The position numbers and the translations under genes were made by a program. Shown here piece after piece: positions 17,156 to 26,675 of a stretch of 64,000 nucleotides of DNA. Every line of letters begins with the position of its first letter. Within the stretch, counting starts at the first letter, position 1. The notes under the pieces were generated by a model. That model made no database searches. It saw only the letters and a list, made by a program, of their open reading frames with translations, and was not told the origin of the DNA. Location of the stretch: positions 74,523 through 138,522 of the forward strand of contig JAUSJO010000005.1 of NCBI GenBank assembly GCA_030647205.1, written 5' to 3'. Source of the stretch: a bacterium. Lineage in GTDB: Bacteria > Patescibacteriota > CPR2 > UBA1875 > JAJYID01.

Positions 17156-17830
17156 ATGAAGGAGGCGGCTTTGCCGGAAAAACCGACAAAAATGGCACTT
17201 GCAGTAAGGGGTGGCAAGGTTAGTATTTCACCTCCCATATGGCCGGATCGTGAGCTCAAGGTCCAACCCGGCGATCTTTCACAAATCGTTCCTTATGGGA
17301 ATGGTATATATGGTTACCAGGATCATGAAGGCAAAGACCCGTTTAAAAGCGCGCCCTCTCAGGAAGCTTCCGGAGGAGTTATGTACTTCGACAATAGGGT
17401 TTCCAGGGAGGATTTCGAAGCACTCATGCGTATCCTGGGGGTTCAGCCTGCGCATAGGGTTAATCCTTCGAAAGATTTCGCAGTGTTTACTGCCGAGTCT
17501 GAGAGACCGGGCGAAGACGGATATCTTGCGCAGATGCGCGTGGTATCCAAGTTCGGGCTTCGTTATATGTTCAATGCGCTTGATAATAGTGAATACGAGG
17601 AGTTCCCCGAGCAGGAGCTGACCATGGTAGAAGCGCTATGGTCATTCATCGAGTATGAGTGTGGTCGCTGGGGAACGAGTTTCTCACAGGATGGCCAGAA
17701 TGGGTTACGGGGCCTCTTTGGAGGTGATGGTGACTACGCTCGTGAGGAACTATCCTTTGGCTTCATGGTGGAGAATGACTACCATAGCGTGTATCGCATA
17801 TGGTCACGAGCATGGCTAGTTACAAAGTAG
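17156..17830 (+). CDS. Hypothetical protein (GC-rich orphan); start uncertain (ATG 17156, TTG 17170 or ATG 17192)
   Basis: RBS AAGGAGG at 17158. Terminator at 17841. No family recognised. Confidence 0.45.
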   Translation: MKEAALPEKPTKMALAVRGGKVSISPPIWPDRELKVQPGDLSQIVPYGNGIYGYQDHEGKDPFKSAPSQEASGGVMYFDNRVSREDFEALMRILGVQPAHRVNPSKDFAVFTAESERPGEDGYLAQMRVVSKFGLRYMFNALDNSEYEEFPEQELTMVEALWSFIEYECGRWGTSFSQDGQNGLRGLFGGDGDYAREELSFGFMVENDYHSVYRIWSRAWLVTK

Positions 17831-17840
17831 ATAGTTTATT

Positions 17841-17872
17841 CCGGCGATCCCTCAGGGGGTCGCCGGTTTTCA
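17841..17872 (+). terminator. Rho-independent terminator
   Basis: Hairpin ccggcgatccctcagggggtcgccgg followed by tttt. Confidence 0.7.
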
Positions 17873-17890
17873 TTTCGCAAAACATTTTAA

Positions 17891-17919
17891 TTGACTTTTG
17901 GGTCGTAATTGACTATAAT
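17891..17919 (+). promoter_or_regulatory. Perfect sigma70 consensus promoter (TTGACT, 17-nt spacer, TATAAT) for rpsP
   Basis: TTGACT 17891-17896 and TATAAT 17914-17919. Confidence 0.65.
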
Positions 17920-17964
17920 ATTTCAGTAAATCATTAAATCAGTTAATTTGCAGAAGGAGCAGGA

Positions 17965-18456
17965 TTGGTAGTAATCAGACTCACCCGTGTCGGTAAGAAA
18001 AAGCAGGCACACTATAGAATCGTAGTAGCAGAATCAAAACGAGCAGTACAAGGCAAGTTTATTTCAATATTGGGTTGGTATAACCCGCATACAAAAGAGC
18101 TACAGGTAAAGAAAGACGAGTTACAAGCTTGGTTCGATAAAGGAGCCATGCCTTCTAATACTGTGGCAAAATTACTGAAAAAAGAAGGTGTCAAGTTGCC
18201 TAAATGGGTGAAAATAACAGAGAAGAAAAGAGCACCAAAGAAAGCCGAAGAAGAAAAGAAAGAAGCGCCTAAGGCGGAGGCAAAATCTGAGGAAGGAGTA
18301 GAAGCAGAGGAAACTACTGAAGCTCCGGCGGAGGAAGCGAAAGAAGAGGTAGCCGAAGAAGCACCGGCAGAAAATACTGAGGTAGAAGCAGTAGAGGAAG
18401 AAAAAACAGAAGAAGTTGCAGAAGAGGTAACTGAAGAAAATAAAGAAGATAAATAA
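17965..18456 (+). CDS. rpsP: 30S ribosomal protein S16 with a long acidic/Lys-rich C-terminal extension (TTG start)
   Basis: MVVIRLTRVGKKKQAHYRIVVAESKRAVQGKFISILGWYNP. RBS AAGGAG. Confidence 0.85.
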   Translation: MVVIRLTRVGKKKQAHYRIVVAESKRAVQGKFISILGWYNPHTKELQVKKDELQAWFDKGAMPSNTVAKLLKKEGVKLPKWVKITEKKRAPKKAEEEKKEAPKAEAKSEEGVEAEETTEAPAEEAKEEVAEEAPAENTEVEAVEEEKTEEVAEEVTEENKEDK

Positions 18457-18457
18457 C

Positions 18458-18532
18458 CAATTTTGTCATTCTGAAGCACGACTTCAGAATCCAGAAAATA
18501 TAGATTCTCAGGTCAAGCCCGGAATGACAGAT
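18458..18532. repeat. Two hairpin repeat units (gtcattctgaagcacgacttcagaatcc; gattctcaggtcaagcccggaatgac)
   Basis: Same GTCATTC...GAATCC family, in opposite orientations. Confidence 0.7.
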
Positions 18533-18591
18533 TAGGATAATTTAATAAAATTAAGTAAAGACCCCGCATACGCAGGGCAAGGGAGGCCAAG

Positions 18592-18993
18592 ATGGCAAAA
18601 GAAAAAGATCAGGAATTCGTTGAGTACGTTGTAAAGGAAATCGTATCAAACAAAGACGCGGTAAAAGTTGTTAGGAGTATTGATGAAAAAGGTGTCCTAC
18701 TTGAGCTTACAGTAGATCCTGAGGATATGGGTGTAGTTATTGGTAAAGAAGGAAAAACTGCTAAATCTATCCGAACTTTGCTTCGTGTTTTGGGCGCAAA
18801 GAACGATTCACGTGTTAACTTAAAAATTGTTGAGCCTGAAGGTTCTGAAAGACCCGCTAGAAAAGAAGAAGCTAGTGAAGAGTCTGCAGCTGAAGTAACA
18901 GAAGAAGTAGAAGAAGCTCCTGTCGGAGAAGAAGCTTCAGAAGTCGTTGAGGAAGAAACAGAAGAAGAGCCAATGGCAGACCTTGATATCTAA
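18592..18993 (+). CDS. KH-domain RNA-binding protein (KhpA/YlqC-like) with an acidic tail
   Basis: KH motif VIGKEGKTAKSIRTLLRVLGA. Conserved position between rpsP and trmD. Confidence 0.7.
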   Translation: MAKEKDQEFVEYVVKEIVSNKDAVKVVRSIDEKGVLLELTVDPEDMGVVIGKEGKTAKSIRTLLRVLGAKNDSRVNLKIVEPEGSERPARKEEASEESAAEVTEEVEEAPVGEEASEVVEEETEEEPMADLDI

Positions 18994-19009
18994 TCAAATC
19001 GAAACTAAA

Positions 19010-19040
19010 GAAAAAAGCCACACTCGTGGCTTTTTTTGAT
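19010..19040 (+). terminator. Rho-independent terminator
   Basis: Hairpin aagccacactcgtggctt followed by ttttttt. Confidence 0.6.
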
Positions 19041-19051
19041 AAAATAAAACT

Positions 19052-19720
19052 ATGAAATTTAATGTAATTACACTTTTCCCGGAAACGATTCATAGCCTGA
19101 CAGACTACAGTATTCTTGGACGGGGCATAAAATCAAAAATTATAGAGATTGAAACCTACAATCTCCGTGACTTTGGATTAGGCAAATATAAGCAGGTAGA
19201 TGATACGCCGTATGGCGGTGGTGCTGGCATGCTTCTGAAAGTTGATATTCTGGACAAAGCGATAGAAAAGGTGAGAGCCCAAAACAAGGGCACATTCGTT
19301 ATTCTCCTTACTCCGAAAGGGCAGAAATATGGCCAAAGCCAAGCTAAAAAATTATCAAGAAAAGATAATATTACCTTTGTTTGCGGACATTATGAAGGAT
19401 TTGATGAGAGGATTCGCGAGTTGGTTGATGCAGAAATATCTATCGGTGACTATGTTTTATCTGGTGGGGAGATTGCAGCTGCGGCCATCATTGACTCTGT
19501 TAGCCGTTTGATCCCCGGAGTTTTAGGCAAAGAGGAGTCGCACAAAGATGAATCTTTTGAAGATGGAATGCTAGAATACCCTCACTATACAAACCCGAGG
19601 GAGTATAAAGGTATGAGTGTGCCGGAGGTGCTACTATCCGGGAATCACGGAGAGATTGAGAAGTGGAGAAAAGAGCAGGCTCAGAAAGTTACAAAGGATA
19701 AAAGACCGGATTTAAAATAG
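19052..19720 (+). CDS. trmD: tRNA (guanine37-N1)-methyltransferase
   Basis: MKFNVITLFPE...; SPOUT knot motifs (GGGAGM; GHYEGFDERI). Confidence 0.9.
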   Translation: MKFNVITLFPETIHSLTDYSILGRGIKSKIIEIETYNLRDFGLGKYKQVDDTPYGGGAGMLLKVDILDKAIEKVRAQNKGTFVILLTPKGQKYGQSQAKKLSRKDNITFVCGHYEGFDERIRELVDAEISIGDYVLSGGEIAAAAIIDSVSRLIPGVLGKEESHKDESFEDGMLEYPHYTNPREYKGMSVPEVLLSGNHGEIEKWRKEQAQKVTKDKRPDLK

Positions 19721-19727
19721 CAAGATT

Positions 19728-20110
19728 AATCTTGTCATTCCGACCGATACCACGCTAGTGGAAAGCGGAGGAATCCCTTTCTCCGTATGTCATTCCCGCA
19801 CTGGATCTAGTTCAGCGTAAACATCCGGCGGGAATCTAGTCTTTAAAATATTATCCACTTTTGTTTGGGCAAAAGTGGAGCAAAACCCACCGACTAGCAC
19901 TACGAAATAGATAAAACTAATAAAAATTTATCATTCTTGCGCACGAAGCGTTTCACTAAAGCGTGCTTTTGTCCTAAAGGAGCATTCTAAATTTTTAAGT
20001 TTTATTAGCGACGTAAGGTGAGTGGTATGAAAAGGTAATCCTTTTTTATATCTGAGCCGAGGAGCTAAAATATTTTAACTATTTCTTCGTAATGTCGGGA
20101 AGAGAACAAA
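19728..20110. repeat. Composite intergenic repeat element (hairpin units 19730-19850 plus a type B body)
   Basis: The body is near-identical to 245-475. Confidence 0.85.
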
Positions 20111-20231
20111 AAATCACGCCGGACGAGATACTGTGACGTTGGGAGGAGAGAAAAATTTTCCACTTTACACGGAGTCAAAAAATATCTATTATTTATCTAT
20201 AAAACTAAAATATTGAGGGAGTTTATTTAAA

Positions 20232-20414
20232 ATGCCAAAGTTAGAAGTTGATGAAAACCTTTGTTCAGGTTGCGGAACTTGCGTAAGCGAATGTCCGGAC
20301 TGTTTTGAAATGGGCGATGATTTCAAATCTCATGTCAAAAAAGAAACTTGTGACGGTTGCGATCTGGGTAATGTCGCGGCCGACTGTCCTATGGGGGCTA
20401 TAAGCTATGAATGA
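20232..20414 (+). CDS. Small single-cluster ferredoxin
   Basis: CSGCGTCVSECP ... CDGC...CP cysteine pattern. Confidence 0.65.
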   Translation: MPKLEVDENLCSGCGTCVSECPDCFEMGDDFKSHVKKETCDGCDLGNVAADCPMGAISYE

Positions 20415-21174
20415 TCCGATGAATCCAATGCAGCCGCCGCAGGGCCCTGTTGATCCGATGAATCAGAGTTTCGAGAACAATGATCCGATGCATCCTGTTT
20501 ATGAAGAGACAACACATCTCTCCAAACTATACAAAATTATTATTGGAGTTATGGGTTTTGTTATTTTTGTCCTATTGATTTTGCTGATCATCTTTATCGT
20601 TAAATCTAACGATAGTCAGGCTCGCATAAATGCTGCAGTAGAGAAGGCAACAGAGAAGAAGGAAAAAGAAATTCGAGATGCTTGTGAGCTTGAAAAGAAA
20701 GAAATTAGGGAAAACCCTTGGGCTGACTTCAAAGCTCGTGAGGACTTTGGAACATTTAAGTTTATTGTTCCGCGAAACTGGGCATATTATGAACATTTTG
20801 ATATCAATGCCAACAACCCTTACAGCTTGTACTTCAACCCGGATATGGTTAGGTATGATTCAAACGAGAACATAAGAGAGACACATGCTGCTCTGGAAGT
20901 AACAATTACAAAGAAGCTTTATGCTCAGGAAGTCAAAGATCTTAAAGAGAAAATCAAGAATTCAAAGGACAAAAGCGCAACTGAAGAAACTGTTAATATC
21001 TCCAACTTTACCGGAACCAAGTTTACCTATAAAGACAAGGACCTTGGCAGGAAAGTCGGCGTTATCATCTTGCCATACAGAGACAGAGCATTTTTCATCA
21101 GGACTGATGACTATGATCAGTGGAATGATAAATACTACGATAAGTTTTTCAAATCTTTCGCCATAACTCCGTAG
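20407..21174 (+). CDS. Hypothetical membrane-anchored protein (Pro/Met-rich N-terminus, one TM helix)
   Basis: ORF overlapping the ferredoxin stop. No family recognised. Confidence 0.45.
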   Translation: MNDPMNPMQPPQGPVDPMNQSFENNDPMHPVYEETTHLSKLYKIIIGVMGFVIFVLLILLIIFIVKSNDSQARINAAVEKATEKKEKEIRDACELEKKEIRENPWADFKAREDFGTFKFIVPRNWAYYEHFDINANNPYSLYFNPDMVRYDSNENIRETHAALEVTITKKLYAQEVKDLKEKIKNSKDKSATEETVNISNFTGTKFTYKDKDLGRKVGVIILPYRDRAFFIRTDDYDQWNDKYYDKFFKSFAITP

Positions 21175-21249
21175 GCTAGAACAGAAATCGTGATTCTTTA
21201 AGAGGCTTGAGCTGGAGTTTGAGTCTCTTTTAGGTTATAATAAGTCGCT

Positions 21250-23298
21250 ATGGATAAGTTTGTATTAAAAAGCAAATACGCACTCACCGGCGACCAACCT
21301 GATGCTACGGCAAAGCTGATTCGCGGTTTGGAAAAAGGTCTGGATAAGCAGATTCTTTTAGGCGTGACCGGTTCGGGCAAGACTTTCACGGCGGCAAATG
21401 TCATTGAAAAGATCAACAAGCCAACAATAGTTATCTCTCACAACAAAACTCTTGCTGCTCAGTTATATTCAGAATTCAAAGAGTTTTTCCCCGATAATGC
21501 CGTCCGCTATTTCGTCAGTTATTATGACTACTACCAGCCGGAGGCGTATATCCCTAGAACTGACACATACATTGAAAAAGATTCTAGTATAAATGAAGAA
21601 ATTGATCGTCTGAGGAATGCTGCAACGGCGGCGCTTCTTTCGCGTCCTGACACCCTCATAGTCGCCAGTGTTTCCTGTATCTATGGTCTTGGCTCGCCGG
21701 AGGACTACATAAATATGAAACTGGATTTTGAGGTGGGTAAAGAGCTAAATCAAGAGAAAGTAATGAAAAAGCTCCTTGCCGTACAATATGAGCGCAATGA
21801 TCAGGCGTTTGAACGGGGAAAGTTTCGTGTTCGCGGAGATGTTCTCGATATATTCCCTGTGTATGAAGAAAAGGCTATTCGTATAGTATTTGATGGCAAT
21901 GTTGTAGAGTCCATTCGCGACTTAAATCCTTTGACTGGCGAACTGGGTAAAAAAACGGATAAGATTTCTATCTTTCCGGCGAAGCATTTCGTAACTCCAA
22001 GAGAGAAACTGCTTGGTGCAATCCCTGAAATAATGAAGGAGCTGCAGATACGATTAAAGATATTAAAGAAAGAAGGAAAGCTTCTGGAAGCGCAAAGGCT
22101 GGAACAGCGCACCAAGTTCGATATGGAGATGATCAAAGAAACCGGCTATTGTTCAGGGATAGAGAACTATTCTCGCTACTTGGCGGGTAGAAATCCCGGT
22201 GAACCGCCGGCAACGTTACTGGACTTCTTTCCTGATGACTTCCTTATGCTTATTGACGAGTCGCATATGAGCGTCCCGCAAGTCAGAGGGATGTATAACG
22301 GCGACCGGTCCAGAAAAGAAACTCTCGTCGAACATGGATTCCGTCTCCCATCGGCACTAGATAACCGCCCGCTTCATTTCTCAGAATTTAAGAAATTCAT
22401 GGATAAAACTATCTTTATCTCAGCAACACCTGGCGATTATGAATTCAGAACAGCGAGCGACCATAAAATAGGTTCTAGCGATGAGTATTATGAAAAGGCG
22501 AGAAAAGGTGCAAACTTCGACTGGATATCCGAGCAGGTTATCCGTCCGACAGGACTTTTGGATCCCGAAGTTGAAGTGAGAGGTACGAAACATCAGATAG
22601 ATGACCTTATGAATGAGATCCAGATGCGGGTGAAGAAAAAGCAGCGTGTGATAGTCACAACACTTACAAAGCGGATGGCGGAGGACTTAAGCGAGTATCT
22701 ACAGGAGCTAAATATCAAAGTGACTTATATCCACTCGGAAATCAACACTCTGGAGCGCCCTGAAATTCTGCGTGATCTCCGAAAAGGGATTTATGACGTG
22801 GTAATCGGTGTGAATCTCCTTCGTGAAGGGTTGGATCTCCCCGAAGTTTCATTAGTAGTTATTCTAGATGCAGATAAAGAGGGATTCTTGAGGGGTGAAA
22901 ATGCCCTGATCCAAACTATTGGCAGGGCAGCACGGCACTCCGAAGGAAAGGTCATAATGTATGGTGACAAGATGACGAGGTCTATGAAGAAAGCGATATC
23001 AGAGACGGCGAGAAGGCGAAAAATACAGGAAGAATATAATAAAAAACACGGCATCACACCGACAACTATCAAAAAATCTATTCGTGAAGATATAGCCTCG
23101 TCTAAGAAAAGCAAAAAAGAAGAAAAGTTCGATATTATCGATATGCCGCCGGATGAGCTGGAAAGAATTATTAAAGATATGCGAAAGCAAATGGTGATTG
23201 CCTCAAATAACTTAGAGTTTGAGCAAGCCGCTAAACTCCGCGACCAAATACGTGAGATTAGAGACCGCTTGGAATCTCAACGCAAATTTAAGCCTTAA
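21250..23298 (+). CDS. uvrB: Excinuclease ABC subunit B
   Basis: Walker A GVTGSGKTFT, helicase motifs, C-terminal UVR motif (EFEQAAKLRDQIREI). Confidence 0.95.
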   Translation: MDKFVLKSKYALTGDQPDATAKLIRGLEKGLDKQILLGVTGSGKTFTAANVIEKINKPTIVISHNKTLAAQLYSEFKEFFPDNAVRYFVSYYDYYQPEAYIPRTDTYIEKDSSINEEIDRLRNAATAALLSRPDTLIVASVSCIYGLGSPEDYINMKLDFEVGKELNQEKVMKKLLAVQYERNDQAFERGKFRVRGDVLDIFPVYEEKAIRIVFDGNVVESIRDLNPLTGELGKKTDKISIFPAKHFVTPREKLLGAIPEIMKELQIRLKILKKEGKLLEAQRLEQRTKFDMEMIKETGYCSGIENYSRYLAGRNPGEPPATLLDFFPDDFLMLIDESHMSVPQVRGMYNGDRSRKETLVEHGFRLPSALDNRPLHFSEFKKFMDKTIFISATPGDYEFRTASDHKIGSSDEYYEKARKGANFDWISEQVIRPTGLLDPEVEVRGTKHQIDDLMNEIQMRVKKKQRVIVTTLTKRMAEDLSEYLQELNIKVTYIHSEINTLERPEILRDLRKGIYDVVIGVNLLREGLDLPEVSLVVILDADKEGFLRGENALIQTIGRAARHSEGKVIMYGDKMTRSMKKAISETARRRKIQEEYNKKHGITPTTIKKSIREDIASSKKSKKEEKFDIIDMPPDELERIIKDMRKQMVIASNNLEFEQAAKLRDQIREIRDRLESQRKFKP

Positions 23299-23487
23299 AA
23301 TAGTAGTGCAAGCTTGCCGACTGAAATCTCATAATTTCGGCTACAAGCCACTCAAATCTCGTCAGAATATTCTAATATTCTTTCTCGATTTTCACGTCTT
23401 TCGCTCGGAATTCTGAAATTTCAGTTCGACATGAGATTCCGCGCAGTCTCTGAGAGAAAATAGAGTCAAAAAAGATTAAATAAGGCG

Positions 23488-24345
23488 TTAACCTTCCTCT
23501 TTACTTTTCGTAATGCCTAGTGCAGAGAAGACAACCAAAGAACCTCCAAGCACCATATTCCACGTTACCGCTTCACCAAGTATTATTGCCGCAAGCGCTA
23601 TGGCACTCACCATCTCCAGATAAGAAAGTAGCGATGTTTTGATTACTCCTATTTTCTTTAGTGCAGAAAAGAAAAGCACATAGCCCACAAGTCCGATTAC
23701 AATCGAAAATGCAGTGCCTAAAAGCATTTGGTTGACTGTTGGGAAGGGTTTATTTATAAAAACAAAGGGTAAAAAGATGATAGCACCCAAAAAATTATAA
23801 TAAAAAACAGTCTCATATTTTGAATATCTTTCAAGACCCGGTTTCAAGATTGTCGTCGTGAAGCCCATGATGATAGCTTCCAAAGTCACGGCCACCATAC
23901 CTATAAAGTCCTTACTGTCCAAGGAAAATTGTTTGTTTGCATATATCAAAACGGCGCCCAAAAAAGATATGGCGACAAGACACAACGTTCTAAGGTTTAC
24001 TTTTTCTTTTAGAATTATAATGCTAAATAGTACGGCAAATATAGGCCATGTGTAATGGATAATGACGGCGTTTCCCACAGAGGTAAAGAGGAAAGCTATT
24101 GTATAAAGGTATATTCGAAGAGCCGTTAAGGCGGAAGAGGCTAGAACTACTTTGTTGTCGCCGCGGAAAAGTTTGGTTTTTTTATAGACAAGATAACCAC
24201 CCAAAATAATGGTGGGGAAGAGGAGCCGAAAAAATGAGATAGTTGTTGCGGGAAGCGCCAAAATTTTTACAAGTATACCACTGCTTCCCCACAGAGTTGC
24301 AGCTACAATAATTTCAAAATATCCGCTTTTTATGTTTTTAACCAT
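23488..24345 (-). CDS. EamA/DMT-family transporter (10 TM)
   Basis: Two EamA-like hydrophobic halves. Confidence 0.6.
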   Translation of the reverse strand: MVKNIKSGYFEIIVAATLWGSSGILVKILALPATTISFFRLLFPTIILGGYLVYKKTKLFRGDNKVVLASSALTALRIYLYTIAFLFTSVGNAVIIHYTWPIFAVLFSIIILKEKVNLRTLCLVAISFLGAVLIYANKQFSLDSKDFIGMVAVTLEAIIMGFTTTILKPGLERYSKYETVFYYNFLGAIIFLPFVFINKPFPTVNQMLLGTAFSIVIGLVGYVLFFSALKKIGVIKTSLLSYLEMVSAIALAAIILGEAVTWNMVLGGSLVVFSALGITKSKEEG

Positions 24346-24377
24346 AAAAGCTATTATAAAGCTATTCGGATCAAAGG

Positions 24378-24407
24378 AAAAGCCCCGCTAGAGCGGGGCT
24401 TTTTTGA
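24378..24407. terminator. Bidirectional hairpin terminator
   Basis: aaaagccccgctagagcggggctttttt. Confidence 0.6.
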
Positions 24408-24642
24408 AACCTTCAGAGCTGGGGACAAAGGTCCATGTCATCCTTCCGTTTAGTTCAACCTTTTTTACTATGAATCCTTTTTTGCCCATAGCTTTCAAGG
24501 CAAAGTGAACGGGGATTAGGATGATCATGCGCACAAGGACGATGAATGCGAAGATTGAGTATAGAAAGATAGATGGCCACTTTACAAGTGGATTTTTACT
24601 CCAACATCCCATGTAAGTTTTTTTGATGATGTGCTTTATCAC
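24388..24642 (-). CDS. Small membrane protein (hypothetical)
   Basis: ORF with two hydrophobic segments. Confidence 0.4.
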   Translation of the reverse strand: MIKHIIKKTYMGCWSKNPLVKWPSIFLYSIFAFIVLVRMIILIPVHFALKAMGKKGFIVKKVELNGRMTWTFVPSSEGFKKAPL

Positions 24643-24675
24643 TTACTTCCTTTCCTTTCATGTATGCCATGTTTT

Positions 24676-25080
24676 TTAGGAAGCGATGCTGACCCTCTCC
24701 CGGTTTTCTACATAAACCGACACAGGGCTTAAGAAGGCGGTTATGAAACCCTTCTCCGGATTGATCCCGCATGTTTCTTTGATCTTTTGCACGATATTCT
24801 CGAGAAGACGGTGCTCTTTATCTTCAAGCGCCGGGTAACATTCCCAGAGATCGTCAGAGATCTGCACTTCAACATTCACTTTTGAGAAGAGGGGATCGTC
24901 AGAGTTTTCATATCGGACCTCTATGTCGGTCCTCGGATCCCGCATAACCTTATCAAGGTTGTGAGCATAGTAAACTGTGTACTTGATATGATCTCTGAGC
25001 TCAGCTTTCAGACCCTCTATATCTTCCACCTTTGCTCTTTCAAAGAGCTTTTGTGCATTCGTGATTATAATGCGTAGCAC
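24676..25080 (-). CDS. Hypothetical protein
   Basis: ORF only. No family recognised. Confidence 0.4.
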   Translation of the reverse strand: MLRIIITNAQKLFERAKVEDIEGLKAELRDHIKYTVYYAHNLDKVMRDPRTDIEVRYENSDDPLFSKVNVEVQISDDLWECYPALEDKEHRLLENIVQKIKETCGINPEKGFITAFLSPVSVYVENRERVSIAS

Positions 25081-25179
25081 GATAGGTCCTTTCGATAGAC
25101 TTTGTAGATTCCATCAAATAAGTAAGGGTAATTTTAACATGTTATCTATAAGTTGTAAATGAAATATCCGTAACATAGG

Positions 25180-25208
25180 AAAAGCCCCGCTCTGCAGCGG
25201 GGCTTTTG
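25180..25208. terminator. Hairpin terminator (gccccgctctgcagcggggc flanked by A/T runs)
   Basis: Read directly. Confidence 0.55.
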
Positions 25209-25226
25209 GGGTGCGTAGCATGATAA

Positions 25227-25988
25227 CTAGAGCCGGTAGTAAGTAGATGTATAGTCGATAGCTTCTTTTATGTTGAGCTTGTCGGTAATCGGGTCACGGA
25301 GTTTGCCCTCGGCATCTGTACCTGTGTTTGGAAAGCGCCTTAGAATGGGGGCAACTATGTTACTATTTTTACCGTAGAGCCCGCCCGCAAGTACGACTCC
25401 GACGTCCAGGTTAGCCGTCTCTATCGCCTCAATGTGTCTCATAATGAGATCCGGGTTTAGCTCTTTCCCGAGTCCGCCACTCAGATCAAGTATCAGGTAG
25501 TCCACTTCTCCGTTTGGAAATGCAGTTTGGAAGCCGTTTACCAGCTTTTCTGCCGACTCATCTGTATTTTTGAGAGTGCGTGTACCTGCTTGTAGGACTA
25601 TCTGCATTTCAGGATACTTTTCCTTGAACTCGGTAATCTCTCTAGCCTCAGGCCATGTCATATTCAGCTGAAAGCCGTGGAGATTTGGGCCGCCGTACTC
25701 TCTGGTGATAGAGATAAGAACCTTCCCGAGGCCTTCATGATGCTTCATGCCATCGCCATAGTGGACCAGGTTTAAGGCTCGCTCATCGTCTGAGGTTATC
25801 TTTGCGATATCCCTCGTTATTGGATATCTCTCCGGCCATTTGTTTGGCAGGCCGGCTATCGTCTTCTGGCTTGCAAGTATTCCGACCATGAACTTTTTTG
25901 TTGATCCCTCGGGTATGGCGCTCATTACCTCATCGACTTCTTCGCGTGTCATAAAACCGGTAATGCCAATGTACGGTTCGCGTTTCAT
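25227..25988 (-). CDS. TIM-barrel protein resembling phosphoribosylanthranilate isomerase (TrpF-like)
   Basis: IGITGF N-terminus; DYLILDLSGGLGKELNPD; VVLAGGLYGKNSN; GTDAEGKLRD. These parallel TrpF landmarks, matched from memory. Confidence 0.35.
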   Translation of the reverse strand: MKREPYIGITGFMTREEVDEVMSAIPEGSTKKFMVGILASQKTIAGLPNKWPERYPITRDIAKITSDDERALNLVHYGDGMKHHEGLGKVLISITREYGGPNLHGFQLNMTWPEAREITEFKEKYPEMQIVLQAGTRTLKNTDESAEKLVNGFQTAFPNGEVDYLILDLSGGLGKELNPDLIMRHIEAIETANLDVGVVLAGGLYGKNSNIVAPILRRFPNTGTDAEGKLRDPITDKLNIKEAIDYTSTYYRL

Positions 25989-26146
25989 TTTTTGCCTCCT
26001 TTTGTTATCAAGTTGCTAGTAAACCTATAATATCCATGTTGTATGCATGTTGATATTGCGTTATGTGGTCAGGATTAGGCGACATTTTAAGTTAAAAATA
26101 ATAAAATTAAGTTGAAACATATCTATTTATATGTCAATATGTTGAT

Positions 26147-26593
26147 ATGATAAAGTGTCCATATTGCAGAAAAGATTTCAATGACGTCAAAAACAGCCGT
26201 TCTACTTTTGGTAGTTCACAAATCTGGAGAAGGCGTTTGTGTAGGAAATGCGGCAAAACTTTCACCACGTATGAAAAAGTGCGGCCGGACTTCCTATTTG
26301 TTATTAAAAGATCAGGCAAGAAAGAGAGGTATTCCAGAGAGAATATTTACTCCGGTATATATCGCGCTGCTCTTGACTGGGAAGATAAGGAGCGCATAGT
26401 CAACAAAATAGTAAATGTTGTCGAGTCAAGAATACTGGATCTTGGCAAGAAAGAGGTTAAAACATCGGATATATCGGATATTGTTCTTAAAGTCTTGAAA
26501 CATAGGAATATAAAGACGTTTGTCCGTTTTCTGGCATACAACAAACAACCAAAAGGCGAAGAGGAGTTCTTGAGTCTTTTCCGCAAGTACTAA
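26147..26593 (+). CDS. nrdR: Transcriptional repressor NrdR (zinc ribbon plus ATP-cone)
   Basis: CPYC...DVKNSR...RRRLCRKCGKTFTTYE. Confidence 0.8.
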   Translation: MIKCPYCRKDFNDVKNSRSTFGSSQIWRRRLCRKCGKTFTTYEKVRPDFLFVIKRSGKKERYSRENIYSGIYRAALDWEDKERIVNKIVNVVESRILDLGKKEVKTSDISDIVLKVLKHRNIKTFVRFLAYNKQPKGEEEFLSLFRKY

Positions 26594-26675
26594 AACTTTA
26601 CTTTATTTATAAAAAATTTTATAATTTTTATATAAAATAAAGCTTACGTAAAAATAAAATGAAGGAGACTATAAA

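Noticed and set aside
17211-17621. Alternative-frame ORF overlapping 17156-17830, and 41860-42120 overlapping the end of the PaaX-like gene.
   Set aside because: No RBS. They overlap better-supported genes in another frame.
23300-23460. Inverted-repeat-rich region after uvrB as a further copy of the composite repeat.
   Set aside because: It shows only weak similarity (ggatttcag-like segment, short palindromes ccgactgaaatctcat / ctgaaatttcag). It is more simply a convergent-gene terminator region, and the evidence is too weak to count it.
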